Virus record (IMG/VR): IMGVR_UViG_3300044682_000046
Coordinates: 1 to 55,730 of that record
Length of the DNA stretch: 55,730 nt
Source of the DNA: a virus
Lineage: Duplodnaviria; Caudoviricetes
Direction: 5' to 3' (one strand)
Under the pieces are notes generated by a model that did not search any database, was not told the DNA's origin, and was given only the letters and a program-made list of their open reading frames with translations. Numbering within the stretch: the stretch's first letter is position 1; each line of letters starts with the position of its first letter. Position numbers and translations under genes: made by a program. Positions 36,172 to 45,990 of this stretch are shown here, in pieces.

Positions 36172-37170
36172 TCAATTCGGCCCGAGGTAGGGCGTGGCGG
36201 CGGCGGCCGTGGTTAGCGAAGAGCCGAACCCCTGTGACGAAGAGAAGGTCGCCAAGTCCTGATACCACTCATTTCCGCGTGTATCGCCGTGAGTGTCTAT
36301 CTTGTAGATCGTGTAAATTCCGTCGCCTACCGACAACGGGGCCAAGAGAGATTGTGACAGAGGGGCGCTATTCGAACCGCCGAAACCCTCGTTCGGCTGT
36401 AGTGGGGAAATCGTTCCCTGGATATCCGCCTCGTTAATATGCACCTGACCGTGAATATGGTTTGCCGGATTGATCAGACATCGAACCATGATTCCCTCAA
36501 TCGTCCGCGAGGGCATGCCGACCATGCCGGTTTGCGAGTTCAACACTACAACGCCGCCGGGCGCCGACTGCCCTTGCGGGACGATCATCACTTTGCCTTG
36601 CTGATAGCTGACCGTCGCATTCTTGGATTTGGCGATATTGCTGAGCACGTCGCGCGCCATGCCCCACAAGGTCACGGCCCGCGGATAGGTAGGCGTCGAT
36701 AGATTCACCCCGACATAGCCCAGCGTGAGCCCAAGCGGCCCGAGCGCCTGCATCGCAACGTCGAGATGCTGTTGCGGCGTCGAGCCCGGCGGCAGCGTCG
36801 TTTTGACCGTGCCGTAGTTGTGGCCGAGGTCGCCGTCCGCAACATAGAGCGTCAAGAGCGTGTCTGTAGGGCTCTCGCGGCCATAAATGCCCTGGATCAA
36901 GTTGCCCTTAAAGATAACGCCATGACCGTCCTGGTATCCGGCGTCAATCGTCCAGTTCGTATATTCCTTCGCGACCGCCGCAAGGGCTTGCTGAATTGGC
37001 GGATTGGTGATCAGGATAACGGCTTGGCCCGGCGACAGGGCTGACCGCGAAAGCAGTTGGAAGCGCGCGCGAAGACCCACCGTCTCCCCGTTTGGGCCTT
37101 GCTGGTCAGTGCAGTTGAATGTACCGCCCGAGCCTGAACCGGATATTGAAGCGTATCTTAGGTATTGCAT
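36172..37170 (-). CDS. baseplate hub protein
   Basis: AGY.....IFKG, DGD, PR..T..G.ARD.L, LNS.TGMVG.P, GDTRGNEWY. Confidence 0.85.
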   Translation of the reverse strand: MQYLRYASISGSGSGGTFNCTDQQGPNGETVGLRARFQLLSRSALSPGQAVILITNPPIQQALAAVAKEYTNWTIDAGYQDGHGVIFKGNLIQGIYGRESPTDTLLTLYVADGDLGHNYGTVKTTLPPGSTPQQHLDVAMQALGPLGLTLGYVGVNLSTPTYPRAVTLWGMARDVLSNIAKSKNATVSYQQGKVMIVPQGQSAPGGVVVLNSQTGMVGMPSRTIEGIMVRCLINPANHIHGQVHINEADIQGTISPLQPNEGFGGSNSAPLSQSLLAPLSVGDGIYTIYKIDTHGDTRGNEWYQDLATFSSSQGFGSSLTTAAAATPYLGPN

Positions 37171-37173
37171 CAG

Positions 37174-37548
37174 TCATATTGCCGGAGCCGGCGGGGGCTC
37201 TGCGGCCTGTAGCCACAAATGGGAAGTCAGTCCCGGTCCCAAATTACCCCATGACGGAACCGATACGCCCGCCGAGTCGCCGTCAACCGTGCAATACATG
37301 ACAGCGCCGAACCCGAGGTAAGCATATTGCCCGAGCAGATCGGCGCCACAGACCAACGGAACGCCTTGCAGAAGCGGATTGCCCTCGTCATCGGCGATAT
37401 CCATCAGCCAACAGGCATTCGTCAAAAACTGGAACTGGATCGAAAGCTGATAGGTATTACCGTTCGGGAATTGCACCGAAAGCGTCTGCGGCACGGAGCC
37501 GACAAAGGGAACCTCGTAAACTTGGCCCGTCCCAACCGGAGCGGTCAT
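37174..37548 (-). CDS. baseplate protein (DUF6983-like)
   Basis: W.MDIAD..G.PL..G.PLV.GADLL.QY.YLG. Confidence 0.75.
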   Translation of the reverse strand: MTAPVGTGQVYEVPFVGSVPQTLSVQFPNGNTYQLSIQFQFLTNACWLMDIADDEGNPLLQGVPLVCGADLLGQYAYLGFGAVMYCTVDGDSAGVSVPSWGNLGPGLTSHLWLQAAEPPPAPAI

Positions 37549-38222
37549 TGGAAGAGGTTCGACTGAGACTGACCGAAAGACGGCCCAACCGTTGACGGGA
37601 CAAGCGACGACGCGCCGTTATCCGCCTGCGGGATCGGGAAGAGCGACGCGCCGCCGAATCCTACCGTCTGGTAGCCGCCCGGAACGCCGGGAACCCCGTT
37701 CCACATATACGTTCCCGAACTCGGATCATAGGTTGCGCCGGTTCCGGTTGGGGGCGGTTGCGGGCCGCCGATTTGCTGGTTGCCGTCCGTGTTCGGGGTT
37801 GTCGTGGTCATTTGGCTCGTAATGATCATTTGCCGGCAAATCGCAATGACCGGGAGCGTATACTCGCTTGTTTCGTCCGTCGTCACCTGAATTGAAAGGG
37901 CTTGCATGCTCGGATATTGGCGCTTTCCCGTGGTGACGGAGAAAATCTGTCGCGACTGTTGAAGCGCGAGCAGCATTTGGTAAAGCTCGATGACAAAACC
38001 GTCTTCCTGCGCATTGGAATCCGACCAGCCCCAGAAAAGCTCCACAAGCTGCGGGAGCAAGAACATATGATCGGTTGACGGCGTCCCGGTAATGAGAGGG
38101 TGCATGGTGAGCATCGCCTCGTCCCGCGATATCTCGCGTATCGCAACCTGCGGGACAATCGTTCCGATCGACCGCGCCGACTCGATGAAGGCATAAGACG
38201 CAAGGAACGTCTCGGGATTCAC
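37545..38222 (-). CDS. Dit-like / tail tube initiator baseplate protein
   Basis: E...DE...T.HP...G...TDH, Y..LL.LQ.SR....V.TGKR.Y..M. Confidence 0.8.
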   Translation of the reverse strand: MNPETFLASYAFIESARSIGTIVPQVAIREISRDEAMLTMHPLITGTPSTDHMFLLPQLVELFWGWSDSNAQEDGFVIELYQMLLALQQSRQIFSVTTGKRQYPSMQALSIQVTTDETSEYTLPVIAICRQMIITSQMTTTTPNTDGNQQIGGPQPPPTGTGATYDPSSGTYMWNGVPGVPGGYQTVGFGGASLFPIPQADNGASSLVPSTVGPSFGQSQSNLFQ

Positions 38223-40288
38223 TACTGAAAAGCTCCTTGCAGGTTGCGCGTTAAATCGTTGCCCGAACGATCAAGGTGCAGCCCGACCATCGCCGCGGCC
38301 GTGTTCGGGTCGGGCGCGCTTACGGTTATGTTGTTTGTTTGATTCGCGGTTGCGACATTCCCCCCGCCGCCGCCGCCCACAGCCGGGCGATCGTGAAGCG
38401 GCCCCGCATTGGGCGGCAGGAATTGCAGGGGATTGGCGTGCATGCCGGACGGCGGCGTCCCGGCAGGGGGAGCGCCGATCCTGATACCGCCGGGCGCGGT
38501 GACGACCGGGAACAGCGGCTTCGGCGGCGTGCCGGCGGCTGGCCCCGGACGCGCCGGGCCGGCAAGGTCAGGATTGGCGTGCTCGGACGGCGGCGTGCCG
38601 GCAAGGTCCGGCGCGTCACCGCCGGGGGCGGTGACAGCGGGAAAAACGCTTTTGGGCGGATTGGCGACAACGCTTCCCGTTGCAGCGCGAATAGCCGCCA
38701 GCACCTTCGCAACCGGCGTTGCGTTCGTATAGGCGTCATGCCCGGTCGCCGCGTTGTAACCCTCCGCTCGTTCAAACATCGAGGCGCCGCGCGCGGCGTC
38801 CTCCGGCGTTCTGGCGTTCTGTAGAGCGGCCCACGCGCGTTGTTCGCGGCCCTGACCCTCTCGGATTGCCCTTGTGAGTTGTTCGTCGAACGACTCCGGA
38901 TGACCCGGACGCCGGTCGCCAAGCCATTGCGCGATGCCGTAGGCCCCGCTGGACGGATTGATTGATCCAGGGCCGCCGGGAGCCTCGACGGCCGCCCAGC
39001 GGGCCACAAGGCCCGCCGCGCCCGTCTCGCTCAGGCCGCCCTCTTTCATAAGACGATCAGTCGCGTATTTCATGCGGGCCGGCGTCCACCATCCGCCGAC
39101 TGACTTCTCGCCGGCAAATCCCGGCCCAAGAGCGCCGCCCCGGCCGCCCGCGCCGCCCGCCCCGCCCGTTCCGCCGCCGAACATGCCGCCAAGCCCAAGC
39201 GAGTTCATGAGGCCGGAAAGGAAACCGCCGCTATCCGACGAAATCGTGACCGGCAGGGGATTGCCGCTCGAAACGGGAACGCCGTTAACCGTCGGCGCCA
39301 CGCCGTCAATCTGAGAGGGTGGCCCGCCCTGTGAGCCGCTGGATGGCTGAGAGGGCGGTCCGCCCTGTGAGCCGCTGGCTGGCGAAACGACAGCTTTCTT
39401 AAGCCATTCCCACGCTTGACTAAGCCATCCGCCGATACGCTTGGCCCCCTCTTCGCCCCCACGGAGAGCCTGTTCAGGCGGGACGTATCTTAAATGCGGC
39501 ATCCAATCGGTCTGTGACATCTTGGTTATGATCTTGCCGAGCGTCGAATCAATTATCGGCTCGTTGGCGACCAGCCAATCCTTGAACCTCTCAATCGGTT
39601 TTTGGAAAGCTAATTCAAACTTGCCCTCAGCACCCGCAACCATTGTGTTGAAATGCTGGTCAATCAGTGTCAAGTTCTGATCGATGCCGGTAATGTCTTT
39701 CGCAATCTTGTCGGTAATTCCGGATTGTTGTACGCTTCTAAGTTCTGCCCCATAGCGTCCGGCAAAATCTGGCTGTTGCGTCGCGAGCAGGGTGCGATAA
39801 TCCAAGATGCCTTTCGTCATCGCCAAGAATTGATCTTGGATATATTTTGGCTTACCGGCTAGAGCTGCACCAATGTTCGTAAGCAGTTGCGTCGTCTCGA
39901 CATTGACGCCGTTGATCGCCGTCTTGATCCCGAGCGTGCCCTCGATGAATTGCCGTGGAATCGGCGTGCGCAAAAACTTGCCGAAGTTCTCGATGCTCTC
40001 TCCGGCCGCCTCCGCCGTGCCGCCGGTCTGTGCAACCGCGTTCTTGAATGCGATAATGCCTTGAACGCTCGCCTCAGATCGCTGAGATTGGCGATAGAGG
40101 TCTTCAAAACTCTGCCCTACCTGGCCGATTTTATCATACGCGGTCTTGGCGAGACCCTCGATGGCCGCCGATAGAAGGTTCGCTTTGACGAGAGTTCCCT
40201 CTAGCCCGTCATTGAATTTTTTCTGATTGGCCTCGTCGATTTTGTAGCCGATTGAAACGAGGAAATCTCTGAGCGTGTCGTCGGGCAT
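38222..40288 (-). CDS. tape measure protein with phage tail lysozyme domain
   Basis: L.DFLVS.G.KID N-terminus; GLS..GAAG......E....NP.SGAYGIAQWLG.R...FER. Confidence 0.85.
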   Translation of the reverse strand: MPDDTLRDFLVSIGYKIDEANQKKFNDGLEGTLVKANLLSAAIEGLAKTAYDKIGQVGQSFEDLYRQSQRSEASVQGIIAFKNAVAQTGGTAEAAGESIENFGKFLRTPIPRQFIEGTLGIKTAINGVNVETTQLLTNIGAALAGKPKYIQDQFLAMTKGILDYRTLLATQQPDFAGRYGAELRSVQQSGITDKIAKDITGIDQNLTLIDQHFNTMVAGAEGKFELAFQKPIERFKDWLVANEPIIDSTLGKIITKMSQTDWMPHLRYVPPEQALRGGEEGAKRIGGWLSQAWEWLKKAVVSPASGSQGGPPSQPSSGSQGGPPSQIDGVAPTVNGVPVSSGNPLPVTISSDSGGFLSGLMNSLGLGGMFGGGTGGAGGAGGRGGALGPGFAGEKSVGGWWTPARMKYATDRLMKEGGLSETGAAGLVARWAAVEAPGGPGSINPSSGAYGIAQWLGDRRPGHPESFDEQLTRAIREGQGREQRAWAALQNARTPEDAARGASMFERAEGYNAATGHDAYTNATPVAKVLAAIRAATGSVVANPPKSVFPAVTAPGGDAPDLAGTPPSEHANPDLAGPARPGPAAGTPPKPLFPVVTAPGGIRIGAPPAGTPPSGMHANPLQFLPPNAGPLHDRPAVGGGGGGNVATANQTNNITVSAPDPNTAAAMVGLHLDRSGNDLTRNLQGAFQ

Positions 40289-40302
40289 AGACACTCCGAT
40301 AG

Positions 40303-40331
40303 TTGCAAAACGGCCCGAGAATGCTTATATT
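40303..40331 (+). promoter_or_regulatory. sigma70-like promoter of moron operon
   Basis: TTGCAA-17 bp-TATATT, then GGAGG RBS. Confidence 0.6.
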
Positions 40332-40351
40332 ACGCGGTAGCGGAGGAAAAA

Positions 40352-40717
40352 ATGAGACAGACCCTTAAGATATTAGTCGCCACGAGCGCCCTGCTGATCG
40401 GGTCTCAATTGGCGCATGCCGCCAATTCGGTCCCGTTCCCCGCAATGGCCGATCCAGAAGCAGCTTGTCGTGATTTAAGTCCAACGCCTTCGACTGGATA
40501 CAATGTTTGCTTGAGTCTCAATCAAGAAGGCTACGACAACGCGAGAGCGGTATGGGATCAGTTGTCACAAAGCTCGGCAGAGTTTTGTGCGGAATATACG
40601 CCGAAGATAAAGCCATTCGATCAGTATGACGCATTAGGCGCATGCGCAATGGCCAGATTTAATCTCGATAGAATGCAAGAAATTATGTCTGGCGTCCCTA
40701 AATCCTTCAAATGGTGA
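40352..40717 (+). CDS. exported four-Cys protein (moron)
   Basis: MRQTLKILVATSALLIGSQLAHA signal peptide; antisense to tail genes. Confidence 0.75.
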   Translation: MRQTLKILVATSALLIGSQLAHAANSVPFPAMADPEAACRDLSPTPSTGYNVCLSLNQEGYDNARAVWDQLSQSSAEFCAEYTPKIKPFDQYDALGACAMARFNLDRMQEIMSGVPKSFKW

Positions 40718-40724
40718 GGATAAA

Positions 40725-40940
40725 ATGACAGCATCCGATTGGCTCCTACTCGCGCTTGTGATTGCGACCTATTTTCTCCCAACGATCATCGCCGCCTCAC
40801 GAGACCACCAATCCACAGCCGCAATTTTCGTCGTCAATCTCCTCGCCGGCTGGACGGGCCTCGCTTGGCTCGTTGCCTTCATTTGGAGCCTGACGGGAAC
40901 GAACAGACAGCGCGTCATCGTCATTGAGCGGAACAGTTAG
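40725..40940 (+). CDS. imm: superinfection immunity protein (T4 Imm family)
   Basis: YFLPTIIA..R.H....AIF.VNL..GWT...W..A.IWS. Confidence 0.92.
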   Translation: MTASDWLLLALVIATYFLPTIIAASRDHQSTAAIFVVNLLAGWTGLAWLVAFIWSLTGTNRQRVIVIERNS

Positions 40941-41128
40941 ACTCGCCGCCGATGGTCCTCTAATTGGAACACGCTACGCGGCGCGAGCCCCGCCGATTCC
41001 CGATAATAATTGTACGTGTCTTGTGTGATCCCCTGGTTAGTGCGCCCGCCAGGATCGTGCGCCAGATTGGCTTTGCCGCCTTCCTTCTCTAGAACTGCCG
41101 CAAGCGCGCGTTGGAAATTGCTCTCCAT
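40937..41128 (-). pseudogene. truncated GH108 lysozyme
   Basis: F..AL..VL..EGG.....DPGG.TN.GIT..TY..YR; stops after 63 aa at the imm 3' end. Confidence 0.8.
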
Positions 41129-41328
41129 CAGCGGCGCCCTCGCGCAGCATCAGCCTCTCTTTGCATAACCTCACGCAATCGATAGGTATTCTCCGCCTTA
41201 ACCCCGAGCGCCTCGTTCATGCGCTCGATATCGAACAGATCGAGCGTCCCGTCTTTCAGGCTTTCGTATTTGCAGAGGCCTTCGAGAACGGGGGCTATGC
41301 CCCATTCCATCCACTCGCCTTCGCTCAT
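41128..41328 (-). CDS. tail chaperone T-like segment (DUF6889-like)
   Basis: PV.EGLCKYESLKDGTLDL.DI..MNE.L. Confidence 0.8.
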   Translation of the reverse strand: MSEGEWMEWGIAPVLEGLCKYESLKDGTLDLFDIERMNEALGVKAENTYRLREVMQREADAARGRR

Positions 41329-41804
41329 TTTGACGGCGTCGAATTGGTAGCTCCGGCCCCGCCGCTCGATAGTGACAACGCGGCGAAAAAAAAAGCGCCG
41401 AACTTGATTCGCAGAACGTTGAAGACGATTTCAAATATCGCCAGCATGTTCGAGTTAAGATCGGGGAAGTTCGATGATGTTGCGCCTACCGCCCACACTG
41501 GCGCCCAGCCTCCAGCCCCACCACCAGGAACCTTCCGGGTACAAGCCGACAAGCACGCGATGATGACCGAGTTCCGATCCTCGCTGGTCATCTTCGCAAA
41601 CTCTCTCGTGATCCCCGGAAACAACAGGATCAGTTCAAATTTGTGCTTCTCATTTTCCTCTTCGCTCGCCGCTTTGGCCTGAAACATCGCATAGTCGAAT
41701 AGTCCCATCGCAAACATCGGCGACAGCTTGGCGATGATCTCAACCGACGTAAGCAATGGAATGGTTCCCACGCTGTACGCCTGACCGCTTACCTCAAACT
41801 CCAC
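41325..41804 (-). CDS. tail assembly chaperone with -1 slippery site
   Basis: Between tube and tape measure; T9 run (41386-41394) near 3' end. Confidence 0.8.
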   Translation of the reverse strand: MEFEVSGQAYSVGTIPLLTSVEIIAKLSPMFAMGLFDYAMFQAKAASEEENEKHKFELILLFPGITREFAKMTSEDRNSVIIACLSACTRKVPGGGAGGWAPVWAVGATSSNFPDLNSNMLAIFEIVFNVLRIKFGAFFFAALSLSSGGAGATNSTPSK

Positions 41805-41817
41805 GGACGACTACCTT

Positions 41818-42318
41818 CTAAGCCGCTATAGCGTTCGTGAAGTTCAGCGGGCTCGGATTGTAGCCGTTGCCGAGCAGCGGGATAATCGAGATGAACTGGA
41901 ATTCCCAAACGAGAAACCGTCCGGGAACGTCGTAGACGACATCCGCATGCTTGCTGAACGCGCCGATGTTGCACACGATATTATCGCCGAAGACCGGCGA
42001 GTTGATCGTAATTTGGATATTTCCCCAGAACGCCCCGCTCGATTGCTGAAACCGATAGAGCGCGTTCAATTGAGCATTGACCGGCGAGGCCTTGAGCAAG
42101 TTGACCGTCACGTCGCCCGCGTTGCTCGCGTGAAGCCCCATCATGCCCGAGCCGTCCGCGCCCATCGTGCGCGTATTCTTGGGGCCGGCCATGCGGTACA
42201 CAAGCCCCTCCTCGGCGATCCCGTTCTCACTGAGCGTGATCCCCATGGAATTCGCCAAGAGCGTGCATTGCACGTCAAGGAAGCTGTACGTTCCGGAGAG
42301 CGGCAGGATACCCGTCAT
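41818..42318 (-). CDS. tail tube protein (DUF3277)
   Basis: YSFLDV, G.AEEG, GADG.GM, G.VTV.LLK.SP.N..L. Confidence 0.88.
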   Translation of the reverse strand: MTGILPLSGTYSFLDVQCTLLANSMGITLSENGIAEEGLVYRMAGPKNTRTMGADGSGMMGLHASNAGDVTVNLLKASPVNAQLNALYRFQQSSGAFWGNIQITINSPVFGDNIVCNIGAFSKHADVVYDVPGRFLVWEFQFISIIPLLGNGYNPSPLNFTNAIAA

Positions 42319-42349
42319 TTCTTCATTTCCTTATTATTGGAGGAAGGAC

Positions 42350-44179
42350 CTACCGATTGACAGAGATCAGGATGTTCGGTTGGTGAACCGCGCCGGCCAA
42401 CTTGACCGCGCACTGGAACGGAACGGAGATACGTTCGTCGCGTTCCGTCTCGCTTTGCGTCGCAATCAGTGGATACCAAACATAAAACCCGTTCGAGAGC
42501 GTATATCCCGTATTGAGAGAGCCAAAGGGAGAGGCATCCCAGACGCCCGGCGCCATAAGTCCGTTGACGACGCCTTGAACAAGGCTATTCTCGATGTTCG
42601 TCGCAAGCATGTTGTCCCCGGCGTCGGTTTGCGGAACCTTGGTCGTCACGTCAGAATACATAAAATTGAACATATTCGTCTGGACATAGTTTGCGAGCCA
42701 GTCGCAGCCAAACACCTCGTCAATCCAGTAGCCATTCTCCATCTGGCCAGGCCAGATCATCTGCGCGCCGTTCTGCACAAGGATGACGGCGTTGCAGCCC
42801 TTGGAAACAAGGGTTGCGAATTCGTTCTGGTTGAGATTTTCCGCGATGATCCCCGGCGCTTGCTTCCAGGCAAGCGTGATCGTGGTCAGGCTGGCGAGAT
42901 AATCGACCGTCCCGATACGGCCGGCGAGCGAGGCCACGCTATAGGGATTCGTGCTCGAATAATTGACGAACACCCGCTTATTGTTGAGCGATTGCATGAC
43001 GGACGCGATGTCGCTCGTATCCTCCGGATTAAGGACGCCGGTATCTTGCGTCGAGAGGCCGAACGTCCGCAAAGGCTCGGACGCGAGGATATAGTTCGCG
43101 GTGTTGATGAGGTCGGTTTGCGTCGGCGTCGCCGCGGCGGCAAGAATTTCGTCGTACCACTGCGAGCTCGCATTTGCGCACGCCTCGGTCGCGGAAAGCA
43201 GCGTCTCGGCCGCGATGCCATTGACCGGAGGTGTCGCCCCCGCGATCAAGGAAAGGCCAAGGAGCGCGGAAACGTCGGTCGCGTTGCCGCCCGCAAGCGT
43301 CGCGCCGCTGAGCGTGATATTGCTGTCGGTCGTCGTGAGCGTAAACGCATCTCCTCCCGCGCCGGGCGTGTTGTAGACGACAGAGATTGAAAGTCCGCCG
43401 GAAGCGAGGTAGTTCGCCTGGCTGATATTGACATCGGCGCTCGCGTTCAAGAAAGTCAGCAAGGCTGCCGTTGTCAGAACATCCGTCGTTCCGATCTTTA
43501 CTTGATCGCCGGTCGGCGTGCCGGCGACGAATTCAACAGCCGTTCCACCAAGGCTGATCGTATGGGTAGCCGTCGGCTGTCCCGTGAGCGTAATCAATCC
43601 GACGGCCGTCGGCACATTCGCATACCCGATCGTGGAGGTTGGGCCGGACACCCCCGCCACCGTAACAATGAACTGCCCATAGGAAGCATTCCAGACGCAG
43701 CCCACGTCTCCGACGACGGTCATCAGTTGCGTCTGGACTTCCGCCGCAACGCCGTTGAGATTGGTTGCGGTGGAAAAATTCAACCCGGTAATGGCATAGC
43801 CGAACCCGTCGACCTCGATATAAAATCCTCCGCTCGTAATGCCGGTGAAGTTTGTGAGCAATTGCTGCTCGGTCGTAAGATATGCCCCCTCCAACTCAGC
43901 CGAGGTAGACGTGCTCGCCCAGCGGCCGATGTAGACAAGCTCCGGCTGCGGCTCCTGGCCGAAATAGGGCACGCACGCAAGATATTCCGGCGCGGTATTG
44001 CCAAAATCGGTCGCAACGCCGGTCAGGCTTGTGTACTGACGCACGCGCTCATTGACATCGATGATTTTCGAATCGCCGATCATGAGCGGCACGCCGATAT
44101 TGGAATACGGAACCGCCGGCGGAGCAACGGTTACGCTTATTGGAACGAAATCATCGACGGCCAATCCTTGAACGGTCAT
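42350..44179 (-). CDS. tail sheath protein (DUF3383)
   Basis: ER.R.Y..L..V..DFG...PEY.A...YF.Q.PQP; KQ.PG, G..IDE..G.DWL...VQ, KVPQTD.G, KLAGAVH. Confidence 0.93.
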   Translation of the reverse strand: MTVQGLAVDDFVPISVTVAPPAVPYSNIGVPLMIGDSKIIDVNERVRQYTSLTGVATDFGNTAPEYLACVPYFGQEPQPELVYIGRWASTSTSAELEGAYLTTEQQLLTNFTGITSGGFYIEVDGFGYAITGLNFSTATNLNGVAAEVQTQLMTVVGDVGCVWNASYGQFIVTVAGVSGPTSTIGYANVPTAVGLITLTGQPTATHTISLGGTAVEFVAGTPTGDQVKIGTTDVLTTAALLTFLNASADVNISQANYLASGGLSISVVYNTPGAGGDAFTLTTTDSNITLSGATLAGGNATDVSALLGLSLIAGATPPVNGIAAETLLSATEACANASSQWYDEILAAAATPTQTDLINTANYILASEPLRTFGLSTQDTGVLNPEDTSDIASVMQSLNNKRVFVNYSSTNPYSVASLAGRIGTVDYLASLTTITLAWKQAPGIIAENLNQNEFATLVSKGCNAVILVQNGAQMIWPGQMENGYWIDEVFGCDWLANYVQTNMFNFMYSDVTTKVPQTDAGDNMLATNIENSLVQGVVNGLMAPGVWDASPFGSLNTGYTLSNGFYVWYPLIATQSETERDERISVPFQCAVKLAGAVHQPNILISVNR

Positions 44180-44241
44180 TTATATGCTCCTAGAGAAGCG
44201 AGGATTAAGCGAGAGGCGATCTTTCAGTGCGGAGGAGGGCA

Positions 44242-45990
44242 CTAGAACCCCGCGCCAGAATTATGGACGAAGACATAGTCCCCAGCGGTAATATTGGCGC
44301 TAGATACGATGCCTAAACCGTTGTTATTATACGGAGCGCTCACATTCAGATACGCACTCGCTCCATACCCCGTAAGCGCCACGCCTTGCGGGGATGAATC
44401 GTGGCTAAAGGCGAAGGCGATCACGCAAGAAGTCCCGGCAGCAGCTCCCCAATCAATATGGAAGTCGTAGTCTGTCCCGGCGACCTGAGCGCCCGTGCCC
44501 CCGCATCCCGACACAACGGTCGGCGAGAGGCCCTCCATGTTCGTCCCGTTGTCATAGAATGATGGGTTTGCCTGAAACTCGATGTGCGCCCCAGGAGCGG
44601 TATTATGGACGCCTATCCCGTTCTGCCCGATCGCCCCGCCTGACAAATACATGCGGATTTGGTCCGACTGGGCCAAAATCCCCGATACGCTGCAATTCTC
44701 AATGCGGGCGCCTATAAGGTGAATCTCCCAATTGACCTCGCTTCCCACCTTGAGACAGGTCGCAGTGGTGCTGATCCAGCACCCCTCACAAAAGAACTGC
44801 ACGCCTCCCTGGCCCGGTCCCGGCCCATGTCCGAAGGTGAGGTTGTCTGCCGCCCCGGCGCTGTTGGCCGATACGGTCGCCACCACAAGGTTCGTCCCGC
44901 TGCAGGATGTGATCGGCCCGATATTCCTCGGCGGAATGAGAGACGTATCGAACAGGAAACTCGAAAGCAGCGTCGCCGGGCACGCCGCTACAGGGATCGT
45001 GACCGCGCTGCCCGCAGAAAATGAACTCGTCGCATTGGTCGTAAACGGCGCGGCGTTGCCGTCGATTCCCGTGTCCTCGATATCTATTCCGATCGGCGGG
45101 CCGCCGTCGCTGGCGAAGTTCGGCCCAAAGCGAAACTGGTTGTTATGAACCGGGACTTGCGACTGGTCGATCCGCACGTTAGCGACGCTGTTGCCGTCAA
45201 CGTCGGCATTGTCCCAGTAGCAGCCGCCGCAGTTTCCTCCGATGAGCAGCCCGTAGCCGCAGCCCACGAGATCAATGTGTAGATGAAAGGCGTCGGTGAG
45301 TTGGACCGTCGTATCGCCGTTGATGACCTCGCAGGCGTTAGACCCCCTGGCGGTAAGGAAGTTGGCGTGTATCACCCCGCCGCCATTGATATGAATCCCA
45401 TTGTAGAAATTCGCGTTAGTGAAAAACGCGCCAACGGTCACATTGCTTATAGTCAATTCGCAAATATCATTGAGGCGGAACCCATCTCCGCCGGTCATGA
45501 CTGTCGTGGAGGCGATATTGAGGTCTCGGATCGTCTCCACGCTGGCAGAGCATGCTCCCAATGTTGTGCCCCACGTGACCAGATTGCCAGTTGTGGCGGA
45601 ACCTTGATACGAAAGCGTGGCTCCATTGCCATAGATGATGATGTTATTTACCTGCGGGAGGGTGATCGGTTCCTTAAAGACGCAGGTTGCGCCTTGGGGC
45701 ATAGCGATGGAAGTGTTGGCGGTCACACTTGCGAAGAACGCATTGAGCATTGCCGCATCGTCGGTCGCCGCGTCGCACTTCACGCCGGAATTGAGGGGAC
45801 TGACCGGTGGAGCGGTGTACAGAATCGGCTGATTGCCGAGCGTAAGCGAGCCGCCGACGCTCGCATTGCCGTTGACCTGCAAGCTATCGGTTTCGGTAGA
45901 GCCAAAGTACGGCGTGCCGCTTCCCCCGGCCATCGCTTTCGACGATAACAAGGCAACGACGATCGTCCCGAGAACGAGCGATCTAATCAC
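44242..45990 (-). CDS. signal-peptide beta-helix (pectate-lyase-like/tailspike-like) protein
   Basis: GTG start overlapping upstream TAG; MIRSLVLGTIVVALLSSKAMA; GVKCD..TDD...LNA, I.GNGATL, Asn/Gly-rich coils. Confidence 0.75.
   Translation of the reverse strand: MIRSLVLGTIVVALLSSKAMAGGSGTPYFGSTETDSLQVNGNASVGGSLTLGNQPILYTAPPVSPLNSGVKCDAATDDAAMLNAFFASVTANTSIAMPQGATCVFKEPITLPQVNNIIIYGNGATLSYQGSATTGNLVTWGTTLGACSASVETIRDLNIASTTVMTGGDGFRLNDICELTISNVTVGAFFTNANFYNGIHINGGGVIHANFLTARGSNACEVINGDTTVQLTDAFHLHIDLVGCGYGLLIGGNCGGCYWDNADVDGNSVANVRIDQSQVPVHNNQFRFGPNFASDGGPPIGIDIEDTGIDGNAAPFTTNATSSFSAGSAVTIPVAACPATLLSSFLFDTSLIPPRNIGPITSCSGTNLVVATVSANSAGAADNLTFGHGPGPGQGGVQFFCEGCWISTTATCLKVGSEVNWEIHLIGARIENCSVSGILAQSDQIRMYLSGGAIGQNGIGVHNTAPGAHIEFQANPSFYDNGTNMEGLSPTVVSGCGGTGAQVAGTDYDFHIDWGAAAGTSCVIAFAFSHDSSPQGVALTGYGASAYLNVSAPYNNNGLGIVSSANITAGDYVFVHNSGAGF

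Noticed and set aside
39311-39382. 36-bp tandem repeat and other repeats in the tape measure gene
   Set aside because: In-frame low-complexity coding duplication (SGSQGGPPSQ); two copies only, no spacers, not CRISPR
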